A DNA stretch of 60,789 nt, the filler included, from Bipalium vagum (taxonomy: Eukaryota), in assembly GCA_037834085.1 (NCBI GenBank). It is 3 parts of 3 records of this genome, joined end to end, with 100 filler letters (N's around TTAATTAATTAA, not from the genome) between each part and the next. Parts side by side here need not be neighbours in the genome. Positions count along the whole stretch, not along the records: positions 1 to 17,878 come from JBBMKC010047719.1; 2 more parts are not named here. One strand, given 5' to 3'. The position numbers and the translations under genes were made by a program. How positions within the stretch are numbered: the first letter of the stretch is position 1; the number at the start of each line of letters is the position of its first letter. The notes below the pieces were generated by a model. That model was not told where the DNA came from, did no database searches, and saw only the letters and a program-made list of their open reading frames with translations. Positions 1-12,300 of this stretch are shown here, one piece after another.

Positions 1-72
<72 letters not shown>
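1..72. repeat. (ATA)n microsatellite
   Basis: Perfect ATA repeat running off the window start. Confidence 0.95.
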
Positions 73-73
<1 letters not shown>

Positions 74-368
74 CATTGATAGGAATTTAAGGAATTTAAC
101 TAAAAATTATTGCCTTTTTTTTAAAGTAACAATTAATATTATATTTTACCAATTTTATTATAAGACTATTAATTGATTTTTGCATAAGACAATAAATTTA
201 TACAAAAAAAACAATGGATATCCTAATTTTATGCTCATTTTATTTCTAGAAAGTCACTTGTAACTGCCTTAAAATTATACGCTGTTTATTACTTAAAATA
301 CCTTTTCCTGGACTATACTTTTTGAATTATATTTGGAAATATCCACATAAATCGTGCTGACGTTTCAG

Positions 369-3300
369 GACTCAAGATATTTGTACATGGTAATGGATTA
401 TTTACCCGGTGGTAATCTAGTCAACTGGATGAGTAAACTTGAGGTTCTGTCTGAAAAGGACGTCTGTTTCTATGGTGCAGAAATCGTTCTTGCGATCAAT
501 GCACTTCATCAATACGGATTTGTTCACCGAGACATCAAACCAGATAACCTATTGTTCGACGTACAAGGTCATATAAAATTGGTCGACTTCGGTTCCTGCG
601 TTAAAATGGATCCCGTTACGAAATTTGTCAACTGTAATCGGGCCATCGGTACTCCTGATTATATCAGTCCGGAAGTATTGCTTTCACAAAGTGATAATAC
701 GAAGTACGGTCAAGAGGTTGATTGGTGGGCGCTGGGAGTGATGTTGTACGAAATATTCTACGGTGAGCCTCCGTTTTATTCCGACAATCTTATCAACACT
801 TATGGAAAAATTATGACCCATGAACAAAGTCTCTCATTTCCTCCCGATGAGGACGTATCGGAAATTGCTGTTGATTTTATGAAGAGTGAGTTTTCGGCTT
901 TCGGTTAAAAAATCTATGGAAAAGAATTCTCATATTTTCCTCGAAAAAAAATTAATGTTATCTTTTTTATCGTCAGATTTAATTTGTGATCGGTCGATTC
1001 GTCTCGGTCAAACCAGTGATGCTGAGGACATAAAATCCCATTACTTCTTTCGACCCGGTAATCACAAATGGAATTGGGACAATATCCAACACTTTACTCC
1101 TCCTTTCGTTCCGAAACTGGAGAACGATTTGGACACGTCCTATTTCGATTTCGATGAAGACGATATCGACAAGAACTTCTCTTCTCAAGAAAACAAGGAC
1201 GTCATAAAACCCACCAGCTTCATTGGAGAGAATCTCCAGTTTTCCGGTATTGATTTTTTTTTGGTTTTTTAAAATTTTTAGCTATGGATAATGAATTTTC
1301 ACTGATTTTAATATTTGGTTCTTTTATACTCCCCACAGGATTTACTTACTCCAAAGACGCAAAAGCCTTTGTCAGTGCTAATGAAAAGAACGTATCGAAA
1401 ATCGATAATAATATTTCGCCAAAAACGCCGGCAGTGTTAGAAGAAAAACTGAAACGCGTTTCCAAAGAAAATCAGGAAAACAAAGATATGGTCGATCGAT
1501 TGGTGATTGAGAAAAAGGACTTGGGTGAGTGTTTTGCATTTATGATTTAGTAAAATAGATCTGGACATAACAAAAAATGACTAATGTAAGATATGATTGA
1601 ACTTTTCGGTGTCTTTACACCGTGACCAGGCTGTGTCCTGTCGGAAGTCTGTGCGTCAACCTAACCTTTATACCCTAATTGTATTGATTGTTTATTAAAT
1701 GGAGCTTTTGTGAAGTTTTTTGTCAGTGGTAGAGACAAACAATTTTAAGTTTCTGAAAATAATCGATTTAAATTGTGCACCACAGACAATGTCAACGGTA
1801 AAACTGGAAAAAATCTCTGTTCTATAATATATTGATTTTTGTTATAGAATATTATTGATTTTTTAAATTTTCAATTAACTTCGGCTTTCAGTTTAATCTG
1901 TGTTGAGATATTATTGATTTATTTAATTTTTGCTAATCAATTATGTAATATATTTATCATTGATTTCAGATCATTACCACCGAAATTTGTGATTTTCGAC
2001 GAATTTTTCTTTTGGGTTTTTTTCACATGTTTTATGGTGTTATTTCTTCAACGAGTTTTCTATTTGATTTGTCGGTCTTGTTGGTCTTTTGTGTTTCATT
2101 AAATGTGTGAATTTAGATAAAATTAAGAAATAAATAATCCTAGGGATAAATATTTTTAAAATTTGGAAATATATAAAATTATTGATAAAATTTTCCAGTG
2201 ATTTATCAATACTTTTATAGTTTATTCAAAAAAGTATGTTCAATAAAAAAAATTTTTAGCTATTTATTTTATTTAATTTTTCTAGCTGGATGAGGTTTTA
2301 AACTGTAATATTATTATTAATTATTATTATTTAATTAATTTTAAATATATATTTATTAGAATATAATTTTTATTTTGTTATTGATTTTCAATAATTAATA
2401 AATTTTTAATAATTAAATATTTTTCAAATTTTTTTTGATTTTGTGATATAAATCAAGAAATACAGCTGCTGGCAATTAATAATAATTTCAAAAAGGAAGA
2501 GAATATTTCTAAAAAGTTACAGAACGATTACAGTGACTTGAAGACATCCCATGCCAGCAGTCAGCAAAAAATTCAAAAGCTTGAAGAGATCAATCAAAAT
2601 ATTTCTTCAGACATTTTGAAGTTAAAAGTAATTTTCTACTGTGATTTTGTAAATATTTCTTCTTACTTTTATTTTTCAATCTCGTAAAATTGATTATAAT
2701 AAATATTAAAGCGAATAATATTAATAATAAATGGTTTTTCAAGACTTTTTTAATTATATTTTTCACTTTCGTAAAATTGATAATAATAAGCCCTAAAATG
2801 AATAATAATAATAATAATAAATGATTTTTCAAGAGTTGCTATCGTTTTTCATTTTCATTTTATTGAGAAATCTCTTTATCAAGTCACAAAAGAATCCTAT
2901 TTATTATTTATTTTTATTTTATATTTTTAACAATATTTTTAATAAATCAAAGTGTTTAACATAATGATTTCCTGTTCTAAATGTTTTCTCCAGGCTTCGG
3001 CTGAAAAAGAAAAGGAACGCCTGTTGGCTGACATCGAGAAACTCGATAGTCATTTGAAAAGATCCAACGTAAAACTTATTGAAGTTCAAACGGAATTCCA
3101 TCAAAACAAGTTGCGCTCTGTGAAATTGGAAAAAGAGCTGGCTAAATTGCAGGAAGCCTATGATTTGTTGGAAACTAATATCGCTCTGGCACGGAAGCAG
3201 GATGGAACTTTGAATGTGAAATCGGTAACAATTTTAAATTTTTGGATTTTTATTTCTTTTTCTTTTTCATTGATTTTTTTTTGGTTGCCAGAAAGAAATA

Positions 3301-6300
3301 TCTGAGAACATGTTCCTTGGAGAAAGCGGTGTAAATCAACATAACAATGATTTCGACACGAAACTGGTCGGCCTGCAGAAAGATATTATGGAAAGTAAAT
3401 CTCTGCCTATGGAAATCGAACGACTAGAGAACGAAAAAGAAGAATTAAAACTGTCGATCGCTGAGCTGGAATCGAAATTCTTCCAAGAGATCCAGACGAA
3501 TCAGAAATTGGAGAATGATTTGAAAGAAAAGGAGAAAGAAGCAGGAAAATTGGTAAGACGAAAAAAGAAATTTTTTTGCATTTGTGAAAGAAAAAATGAT
3601 AATAGTTAAGAAAATCAATCGAATTTTAAGTGCTTATAAACCTTTCTGTGGTCATTGCTTTCAAGTTCCGCATCCGATCAATATTTAAGACCTTTGAAAG
3701 ATCAACTCCAAGTGTGTGACTTTAGGTGTTTGCTGAAATAAGTTGCTAAGCTCTCTCAGCCTTAAAGCACAACACCCCTTTGCACTTTGATCAACTCTGT
3801 TTGTGTATATGCGTATGGATCGGGAGGTGTGCGAGTGGGTGTCTGCAAGAATGGATCCAGTTTGTTGGACTGGTGATCAACGTTGCTCATAGGACTCGTA
3901 CATTTATAATGTTTGTCAAGAAAAATCCAGTCTCAGTGTGTTACGATCTCGATCACACGACATCTTCGTTTTATTCTTGTAATTTTGAACCGAAAATAAC
4001 CTAATACCTTTCCGACTAAACTGAATTCAATGATCTCGAATTAGAGTGCAAGCAATTTAATTTCGTTATTCGTACACTGTCCTTTTAATGGCTTTCATTA
4101 AACACTTTTATCACTACTTTATTATCATTGGTAGTATTATTATTATAATATTTTTATGACTTTATTCTTCTCGAAATTTAAAATATGTCAAGTTCTTTGA
4201 ATTTTGAAATATTTATTTAGATAAATTTTTAAGTACTCTGTGGCATGTAGGGATTTTTCAGTTCGAATCGCGCTATTATTATCACCATTATTAAAATTTC
4301 TATGGATATTACTTTTTTTATTATCAATTTTATTATTAATATCAAATTATTACTATTTTAAAAGTATTATTAATTTAACTATTTTATTACCATTTTTATT
4401 ATTTTATTTATTTATTATAATTACTATTGCTAATAATATTATTATTAATTAAATTATTTTTTTATTGCTATTATTTTTTGAGTTTTTGTTTTCTTCATCG
4501 TTATTTTTATTTCTATTTTTAAAAATAATAGTTGTTAAATTTTTTGTTGCTATGATTATTTAATTATTTTATAGATAATAATATATTATTTCATTACTAT
4601 TTTACGATTATTATAAAATTATTTTTATTAGGATTTTTATTTTATCACATTTTATAAATGCTATTTTTATAATTTTAATATTATTTTATTTTTTATATTA
4701 TTATTACTATAATTTTTCGAATATCTTATCAATATTGTTATGATATTTTATTTTTATTAAATATCGATTCGATCCTTTATGACAGTTTCCCAAACTCAGT
4801 TTTTGTTAGAACTGTCTACATTTACCATTAAAAAAAATTCTTTTGTTCTTCAGTGATTTAAAAATAAAGAAATCAAGTAACAAAAGAAATTGTTTCTCCA
4901 TTAGTTTGTTCCTCAGAAAAAAAGATTATAATAAAATTATTTGGCTTAAGCTAAGAATAAAAATCCATTTCGAGCCATTTTGAAAATTGATTTTTCTCAG
5001 AGGAATAATGTTTATTGCGCTTTCTAATGAGACCACCTCTCCGATTTTCGCCACAGTTCCAAGAAATCTCGTCTGATTAATGGTGATTTTGCAGAGATCA
5101 ACATATTCTGATATGGAGGTGTGCCAAAGCAAATATCGTAAGGTGGTGATGGTCGTTGTGGTAGTGGTTGTGGTATCATTAGCTTAAGCCAGGTGACACA
5201 CCCACGACTTTATTCGTGTCGTATTATTGACTGATATTGTTAACATTGATCGACCTGTTTTACTTTGATCAGGAGTGGACTTACATTTTTCGGAAATCTG
5301 ATATATATTATTGATTTCCCATTAACAAGGAAGTTGATTTTCTTTTCATTCTGCTCGCGTCAAAATGTGTGGGTCCAGTCCCTTTTTTTCATAAAAAAAT
5401 AAAATCAATCGATTTAGAAAATTAAGAGTTTCCATTGAATTTGTTCAAAATTTTCACGGTTGAGTGAGTTTATTTGGCCTGCACTAAAAATGTATGAGTA
5501 ATGTGACATTTTGTGAGCAGTGTGTCACGGAGTCTATAAGAAAGGTTGGGTCTGGAACAGAAAACGAAGCAGTTGTTTTATCACCTGAATGGGTTTGCAG
5601 AAGACCGTGAATTGTTGATCTACGGTCAAACATCAACGTATTAATATACTACTGGCTCTCTGGTACGCAAATGTTCCGTTTCGTCCACGAGTGCACTAAA
5701 TTAAACAACGGAGAGATGAGTTGACTGTGTAGCGTTTGGTGTTTCATATTTCTGTGTATTCGTTGAAGAGCCTTTGGTTGAATGTATTTGTTTTCACTAC
5801 TTTTAATTGTAATCTCATCTTAATTACTGGCATTAAAATGTCATTTTAACTTAATTGACACAGACAAAATCATCCAAGAACAACACAATCAACATCGATT
5901 GACAATTTCTTTGTGCTGTTATTATTTTTTTACATATATATTTTCATCTATCAATTATTCTCATTAATTATCAAAGACACAAATCTCACGTGTTCTTTCA
6001 CGTTCCTTGTTTATTTTTTTCATAGAAAAACGAAATCAAAAAACTTCATGCATCGCTGGACGATGCAGTGAGAAAAGAGGTCAATGCCACTCAGAAAATG
6101 TCCAAATTGTTGAGAAACAAAAGTACAGAAAAGCAGAAGTTTGACCAGGTGAATATAATCAAGTTTTCTTTTGCAATGCGGCATGTGTGATGAGATTGAT
6201 TGAAATGTGTTCCTTGTCCCAGGAAGTGGAGGAGCAGAGGAACAAGCTCAATAAAATCATTACGACGAAAACAAGTGAAATCCAGACCATGAAAACCTTG

Positions 6301-9300
6301 ATTGACAATCTGACCGAGGAGAATGTGAGACTGACCAAACAAGTCGACTTGGATAAGATCAAACAGGAAGGATTGGTAGCAAAAATCAATGAGGTGTTTG
6401 TAACCTTTGAATCGACGACGAAAATAATAATTCCTTTCTAGATCATTCACGGAAAATCATCGACGGCCAAAGAAATGATGATCCGAGAGGAAATGAAGAG
6501 CGGATTTTTGGGCAAGAGGTCGGGTCGATTTTATATTCAGTTGACAAATAAAAATAAGAAAATGGAAAGTGTGCTGGAGGAAGTGCAGAAAAATTCCAAA
6601 ACAAAAGAAGCTGAAGTTCGATTAGATTCAACCATTCGACTGTTGAGCTTATTGTAATTTTTTCTAGATGCGGAAACAGATAGATCAATTAATGAAAGAA
6701 AAGGAACAAGTCATGTCAGAAAACAGAGCGCTCCAAGAGCATATTGTGTACTATGAAAACTTAAATAACTGTGACCAAATCAATAACAGAAGCAACGTGA
6801 ATACGATTGGATATTCTCAGACCAGTCTTGACAGGTTATTAAGCATTTGTTTCTGTTTTATATTTATTTAATGAATAATTAAACTATTTCAAAATTTTAT
6901 TATTTCATTGCAAAACTCTGTGCTCGATTTTATTAAAAAATACGAAAAATCAAAATTTTAATAAAATGATTTTATTAATCATTAACATAGTCACCATTTC
7001 TCTCTAGAATTAGTTTTCAACGATCTACAAGTTTTTCGATCCCAAATTTTAAAAATTTGCTTCGCTTTTCTAGGCTAAAGTTACATTACATGACGTGAAT
7101 TCATTTTATCTTTATTCATAATATAAATAAAACTGAAAGGTGAATATATATTATTTAAAGCATTTAGCTAAAAACAATACCTGATAATATCAACGAAACA
7201 GTATGATTCATTTTAATATAAATCATTGGTTATAACGTCCTGATCCAGGTTTGTAATTAAGGATTTGAAAAATCGGGTTCGAACTTTTGCAAAAACCCAA
7301 TTTGTTTAATTCAGAAAGAAAAGTTTTTTATGTTACTACAAATTAATTGGTTAACAGAAAAATATTGATTCCTTATATCGATCTTTTATATTCTTCAAAT
7401 ATTGTTGCAATATTTTTTAATATATCAGTTGGGAAATATTGAATATAACATAAGAAAATCAATTTTTCATTTGCTAAAATTTCATTGGTTAATAGAAAAA
7501 TATTGATTTTTTTTATTTTTCATATTTTTTTCAAATTTATTATATAATAATTTTCATTTTAATTATTTCTTTATGATCGCTATTCATATTATTATTTAAA
7601 ATAATGGCAAACTTTTTAATTAATAAAAAATATTACAAATAATTATTTCTATTTAATAGTTTCACTTTTAATTAATTGACATTTCAAGAGTTTCTTTTTT
7701 ATTATATATGAAAGGTCGGCTCTAAAAATTTATTTATATTTTACAACATATTTATGAATAATTTTGGCGTTCTCTAATTATTTAATGAAATTTCATGTAC
7801 AATATTTATCAAAATTTTTAATTTAATTATATTAAAAATTTTATATAATTTATTTGACATTTCCAAAATTTTAGAAAAAAAAGGGTGTTTTTTGTTCTTT
7901 TGACTTATATTCATTGTTACCTTAATGGTAGTTATATAATAATAAATGTCAAAAATATTATTTCTTGTCATGTATTTTAAAATAATTTGATAAAATAAAA
8001 AATACCGTTAAATGAAATTTGAGATATCGATTTTTGTAATGAATATTGAATTAATTAATTAAAACGATCTTTATTGTTTTAAAAAAAACTTTTAATGTGT
8101 TATACTTCCTTTTACATATATGTGTTTAGAGTAAAAAATTTTACTTATCATTGTTATAATTTAGCGATTTTACTATCGACTCACCCCATGGATCATCGAT
8201 CTCATTTCGCAGACCCGTTAAACCACCTCGAGGAAAACCTCCACTAATTAATCATATTTCATCATTAAAATCCCAAAATCATCTAAAAAATGAAACGACA
8301 AGTGAATTTTTCCGTCAAAACAGTGAAGATAACCAGTCCGACGTAAAAGTTCGACAGAAAAGGCCGTTGCCATTGGATTTGAGGCATTCGAGAAGTGAAA
8401 GCATGACAATGGATATTCCATTCAGTGAATCTCATCTGGAAGTCAATGTTAAAGTTAAGGGTAAAAAGATGTCTTGGGAAGGACGTGTTGTCAAGGTGAT
8501 TTTGTTTGTTTAATTTTCGTTGATTGATTCAATTGTAGCACGACGATCAATGTATATATTTTTTTGATCGAGACCTTGAAAAGTGTCATTTGAAGCTATT
8601 TTTCACAAGTTTGATATTTATTCGATCAGTTTCGAGTGTGGATGTCATCCATGCTAAGAAATCGGAAATACCGAGAATTTTTCAAATATTGTACGATAAA
8701 AACGAGAATATTCTGATGGAAATGCAAAAGTCCAAGTCAGTCACCAGATCGAGCATTTCAATTAACAGTGCAGACTCTCATAAAAGTAGCAAATCCAGTT
8801 CGAGCAATGAGGTCGAATCACCGTCTCAGGTGGAAGTGGTAGATAAAAAAAGTATATTACAATTTTAATCATATTCTACTTTTAATTATTGATATTTGGG
8901 TAATTTTATTATTATTAAAGAATAATTATTTGTTTTATATGATGATTCAGATAAGTATCCGGGCTACATGAAAAATAATGTTTCATAATAAAAATATCCA
9001 GCGATTTCTTAGTTATATAGTTACAGTGGACAAGAATCCCTGAGTTTATATAACCTCATCTACGCGCGAATCCAATAATTATTTATAATATAAATTTTTT
9101 ATACGCTTTCAAAATTTTAAATTTTTTTTTATTGAAATAATTTTAATTTGGCTAATATATAAAATTAAACATTTTTTTTAATTTAAATTTTATTTATACT
9201 TTTTATTTAATAATGATTATTTTATTCATCTTATTATTACTATTCTGATTAGGGTCGACATTTAAATCAATATTTGATGTTTAATTAAGAAAAGGGAATT

Positions 9301-12300
9301 TATTAATAATTTCAATTTTTGGAACGTGACAAAAATTTGTTTACACAAAATGCACTTTTGTAAAAAAAAAACACATTCCACGAAAGAAATTAATTAAATA
9401 AAAAATTAAACATCATTTTTATTCCAGTAAACTATTTTGTTCTCTTAATAATTTCATTATGAATCTGGTGAGATTTGTGGAAAAAAGTATTGAATTTTTC
9501 TATCTTCAAATTCATATAGTAAACTATTTTTACAATTAGCTTAAACGAAATGTACCATGTTCTTCATCAACAATAACTTTAATGGCCGAAATCGAATAAT
9601 TAGTAGAAGCCTAAATTTAATTGTCCAGCGATCGATATAAACAATATTTTGTTTATTTTTAGTCTACTAGGAGACCAATAATATTAAATTGTTGATAGTA
9701 ATAAATAATTTAATTAAGATAATCTTTCAGATAAATTAGAAGCTGTTTCAATTTAAATCGCATACATATTAGGGTTTTCAAATTGAAAATTCGTTTTTTA
9801 ATAATATTAAATACCGTTGTTTTAATATTGTTTATATCGTCCATAATAATAAGCAAAACTTTTAAATTCAATTAAAAATCAAAGATTGGTGTCAAGTATA
9901 GCAATAATTAAAAAATTCAAAAATGACACTCGTATTCGGCTTTGTGTGCTGTATGAGTTTAAATGGGGATCAAATACCATCATTGCCACCAAAAATATCA
10001 ACCATGTTTACGGTGAAATAATTGATGTTCGAAAATACCAAAAATTGTTCGACCAGTTTCGTAATGACGATCTCAGTTTAAAGAAAAAGCACGAGTGCAT
10101 CGACAATCTCTGGTGGATAATGATTTGATAAAGGCTATCATCGAAAAAAATCCTAGATAAACATTAAAAGAATTGTTTGTTCTTTTAAACTGTATTGTCG
10201 TCAGTGTATAGAATCACATAAAAGAGATGGGCAAAATCAATCTGTGTGGTGTTAGGGTTCCTCATGATTTAACTCCAGAACAGAAGACAAGTCCAGATCT
10301 GTCATTTATTTTTTCATTCGGCATTTAAAGGAACCATTCTTCAATGGATTGTGACTGGAGATGAAAATTAGATAATGTACAAGAATACATATAACAAAAA
10401 TCAGTACTTATCCCCAGTCCAAATCCTGTACCAGTGACGAAAGCAGGATTTCATCCAAAGAAAGTCTTATTAAGTGTCTTCTGGAAATGCAAGGGATTAA
10501 TTCACTTTGAATTATTGAAAATGAATCAAACAATAAATTCCAATGTATTTCTTGACCGTTTGAGAGATGCAATAATTGTGAAACGTCCTGCATTGATCAA
10601 CAGAAACAAAATAGTTTTTCATCATGACAGGGCTGCCACACTGCAAAAATGAGACAGCAAAAGCTGAAAGTCTTTCAATGGTAAATAATGCTTCAATCTT
10701 CATATAGCTCAGACATCACACTTCGGTTCGAATCCCGGTATCTCCGATTAATTTTCACTAACATGGCGACCACACCAGGACACCAATTAGCGGAAGAGGT
10801 CTCAGAAATAAAAATGTAAAGGAATTGAATGGAAATAGAAGTTAAGAGACTCGAGGCAGTTAAGTGTATGGATGTGAGGTTTAAAGGAGGGGATGTGAGA
10901 TATCTTGAAAATTAGTCTGGAGATGTAGCTCAGCGGTCAGAGCAGTCCATTCGCATGTGAAGGTCTTCTCCGATCATCCCAGTATCTCCGATTATTTTCA
11001 ACTAACAAAAAGTTTCACAGAATTCGTAATATCGAAACTTCTTTGAGTCTGTTCTTTAATGACAAACCCGGTTCGTAGTATGTCAATGACATCAAAAGTT
11101 TGGTCAAACGTTGGAAATATAAAATGGAAAATACAGTACCTGGGCACTGAAATAGACTCAAGTATTATTTTGCAAACAATGGTATTTCACTGAAATAAAA
11201 ATACTACGGAAACACACTTTGGTCAAAAGTTAATAAAAATTAGCTTTTTCAAATCGGTTTAATTTCTTATGTCAGGCTTGCTTCCTGGATGAAAGTTCAA
11301 TCGTGCTTAACAATGACCTTATTAATTTGTTCGTCGCCCATTTTATCTGCGAAAGGGATAAGAATGAATTACGGCCTCAATTAAGAATTTGATTTCTTGC
11401 TCGTGAACGATTTCAGTTCATGCATGATGGAGAATCTTGCCACAGAACTGAGGTAATTCAAAAATATATCAATGCAGAAAAAATACCACTTTTGGACCGC
11501 CCGGTAAAATTCTCCTGACATAAATCCGATAGAGAATGTTTGGAAGGCTTTGAAAGATCAGCTCACTATAGAAAATGTGATTACGAAATATGAAATTATC
11601 GAGAAAATAAAGTATTTGTGGCATAACAACAAGAATGTTCAGTGGACAGCCATAAATTCTGTCAAAGCGTGCAATCAAGAGGAGTGCAACTACTTCTTAA
11701 AAATGAGGAATGTTGCCAAATATTATATATTTTCTTTTGTACAATAGATATGTATAACATTTTTTTAGTGTTTTCAGTTTAATAAATCATTATTCTTGTA
11801 TTAAATAATGAATTACGTTAAAAAACCAAATTAAATTGAATTTACGAATAAAATCGATATTTTTTGTTTGAGTCTATTTCAATGGCCAGGTACTATATAA
11901 TATGATTGACTTCATTTTGTTATTTTATAAATAAATTTTCTAAAAAAAAATGAACTTTGAATTTGAAAACCCTAATATAACCTATGATATAATATAAAAT
12001 TTTAATTAAATCAATAATTAAAGTAAATTAATTTATTTTGATGGAAAAAATTTAAATTTCTCTGATTTGATAATTAAATTTGTTGAAAATTCCGTTATAT
12101 TTATCTCGATATATTGAAATATTTATTAGTTTTGATTACTTGTAGAATTATTTTATTATCATATTATTATTAATTTTTTATTTTTAATCTTCATTGTTAC
12201 CTCTCTTCAATATATTTATTATTATTAATTATTACTAATATTAAAATGTATTTCTTTCTGTTCACTGTATTAATTTTAATTTTTCATTTTTAATTATCTT

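Larger units (their letters stand above)
9769..11975 (+). mobile_element. Degenerate mariner transposon with TIRs, host of two nested insertions
   Basis: TIRs TTAGGGTTTTCAAATT (9769) and AATTTGAAAACCCTAA (11975), each flanked by TA. Transposase remnants VPHDL, VTGDE, KKVLLSVFW, IVFHHD, YSSDI and KSLVKRW with stops and frameshifts. Confidence 0.9.

Noticed and set aside
10721-10990. Circularly permuted tRNA gene (3' half upstream of 5' half) or tandem tRNA array
   Set aside because: The PBS directly after the first repeat and the PPT directly before the second TG...CA repeat explain the layout as two LTRs, and the downstream copy has its own 3' acceptor strand.
10919-10990. Functional tRNA-Ala(CGC)
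   Set aside because: The anticodon stem is unpaired, the T-loop is degenerate and there is no G3:U70 pair.
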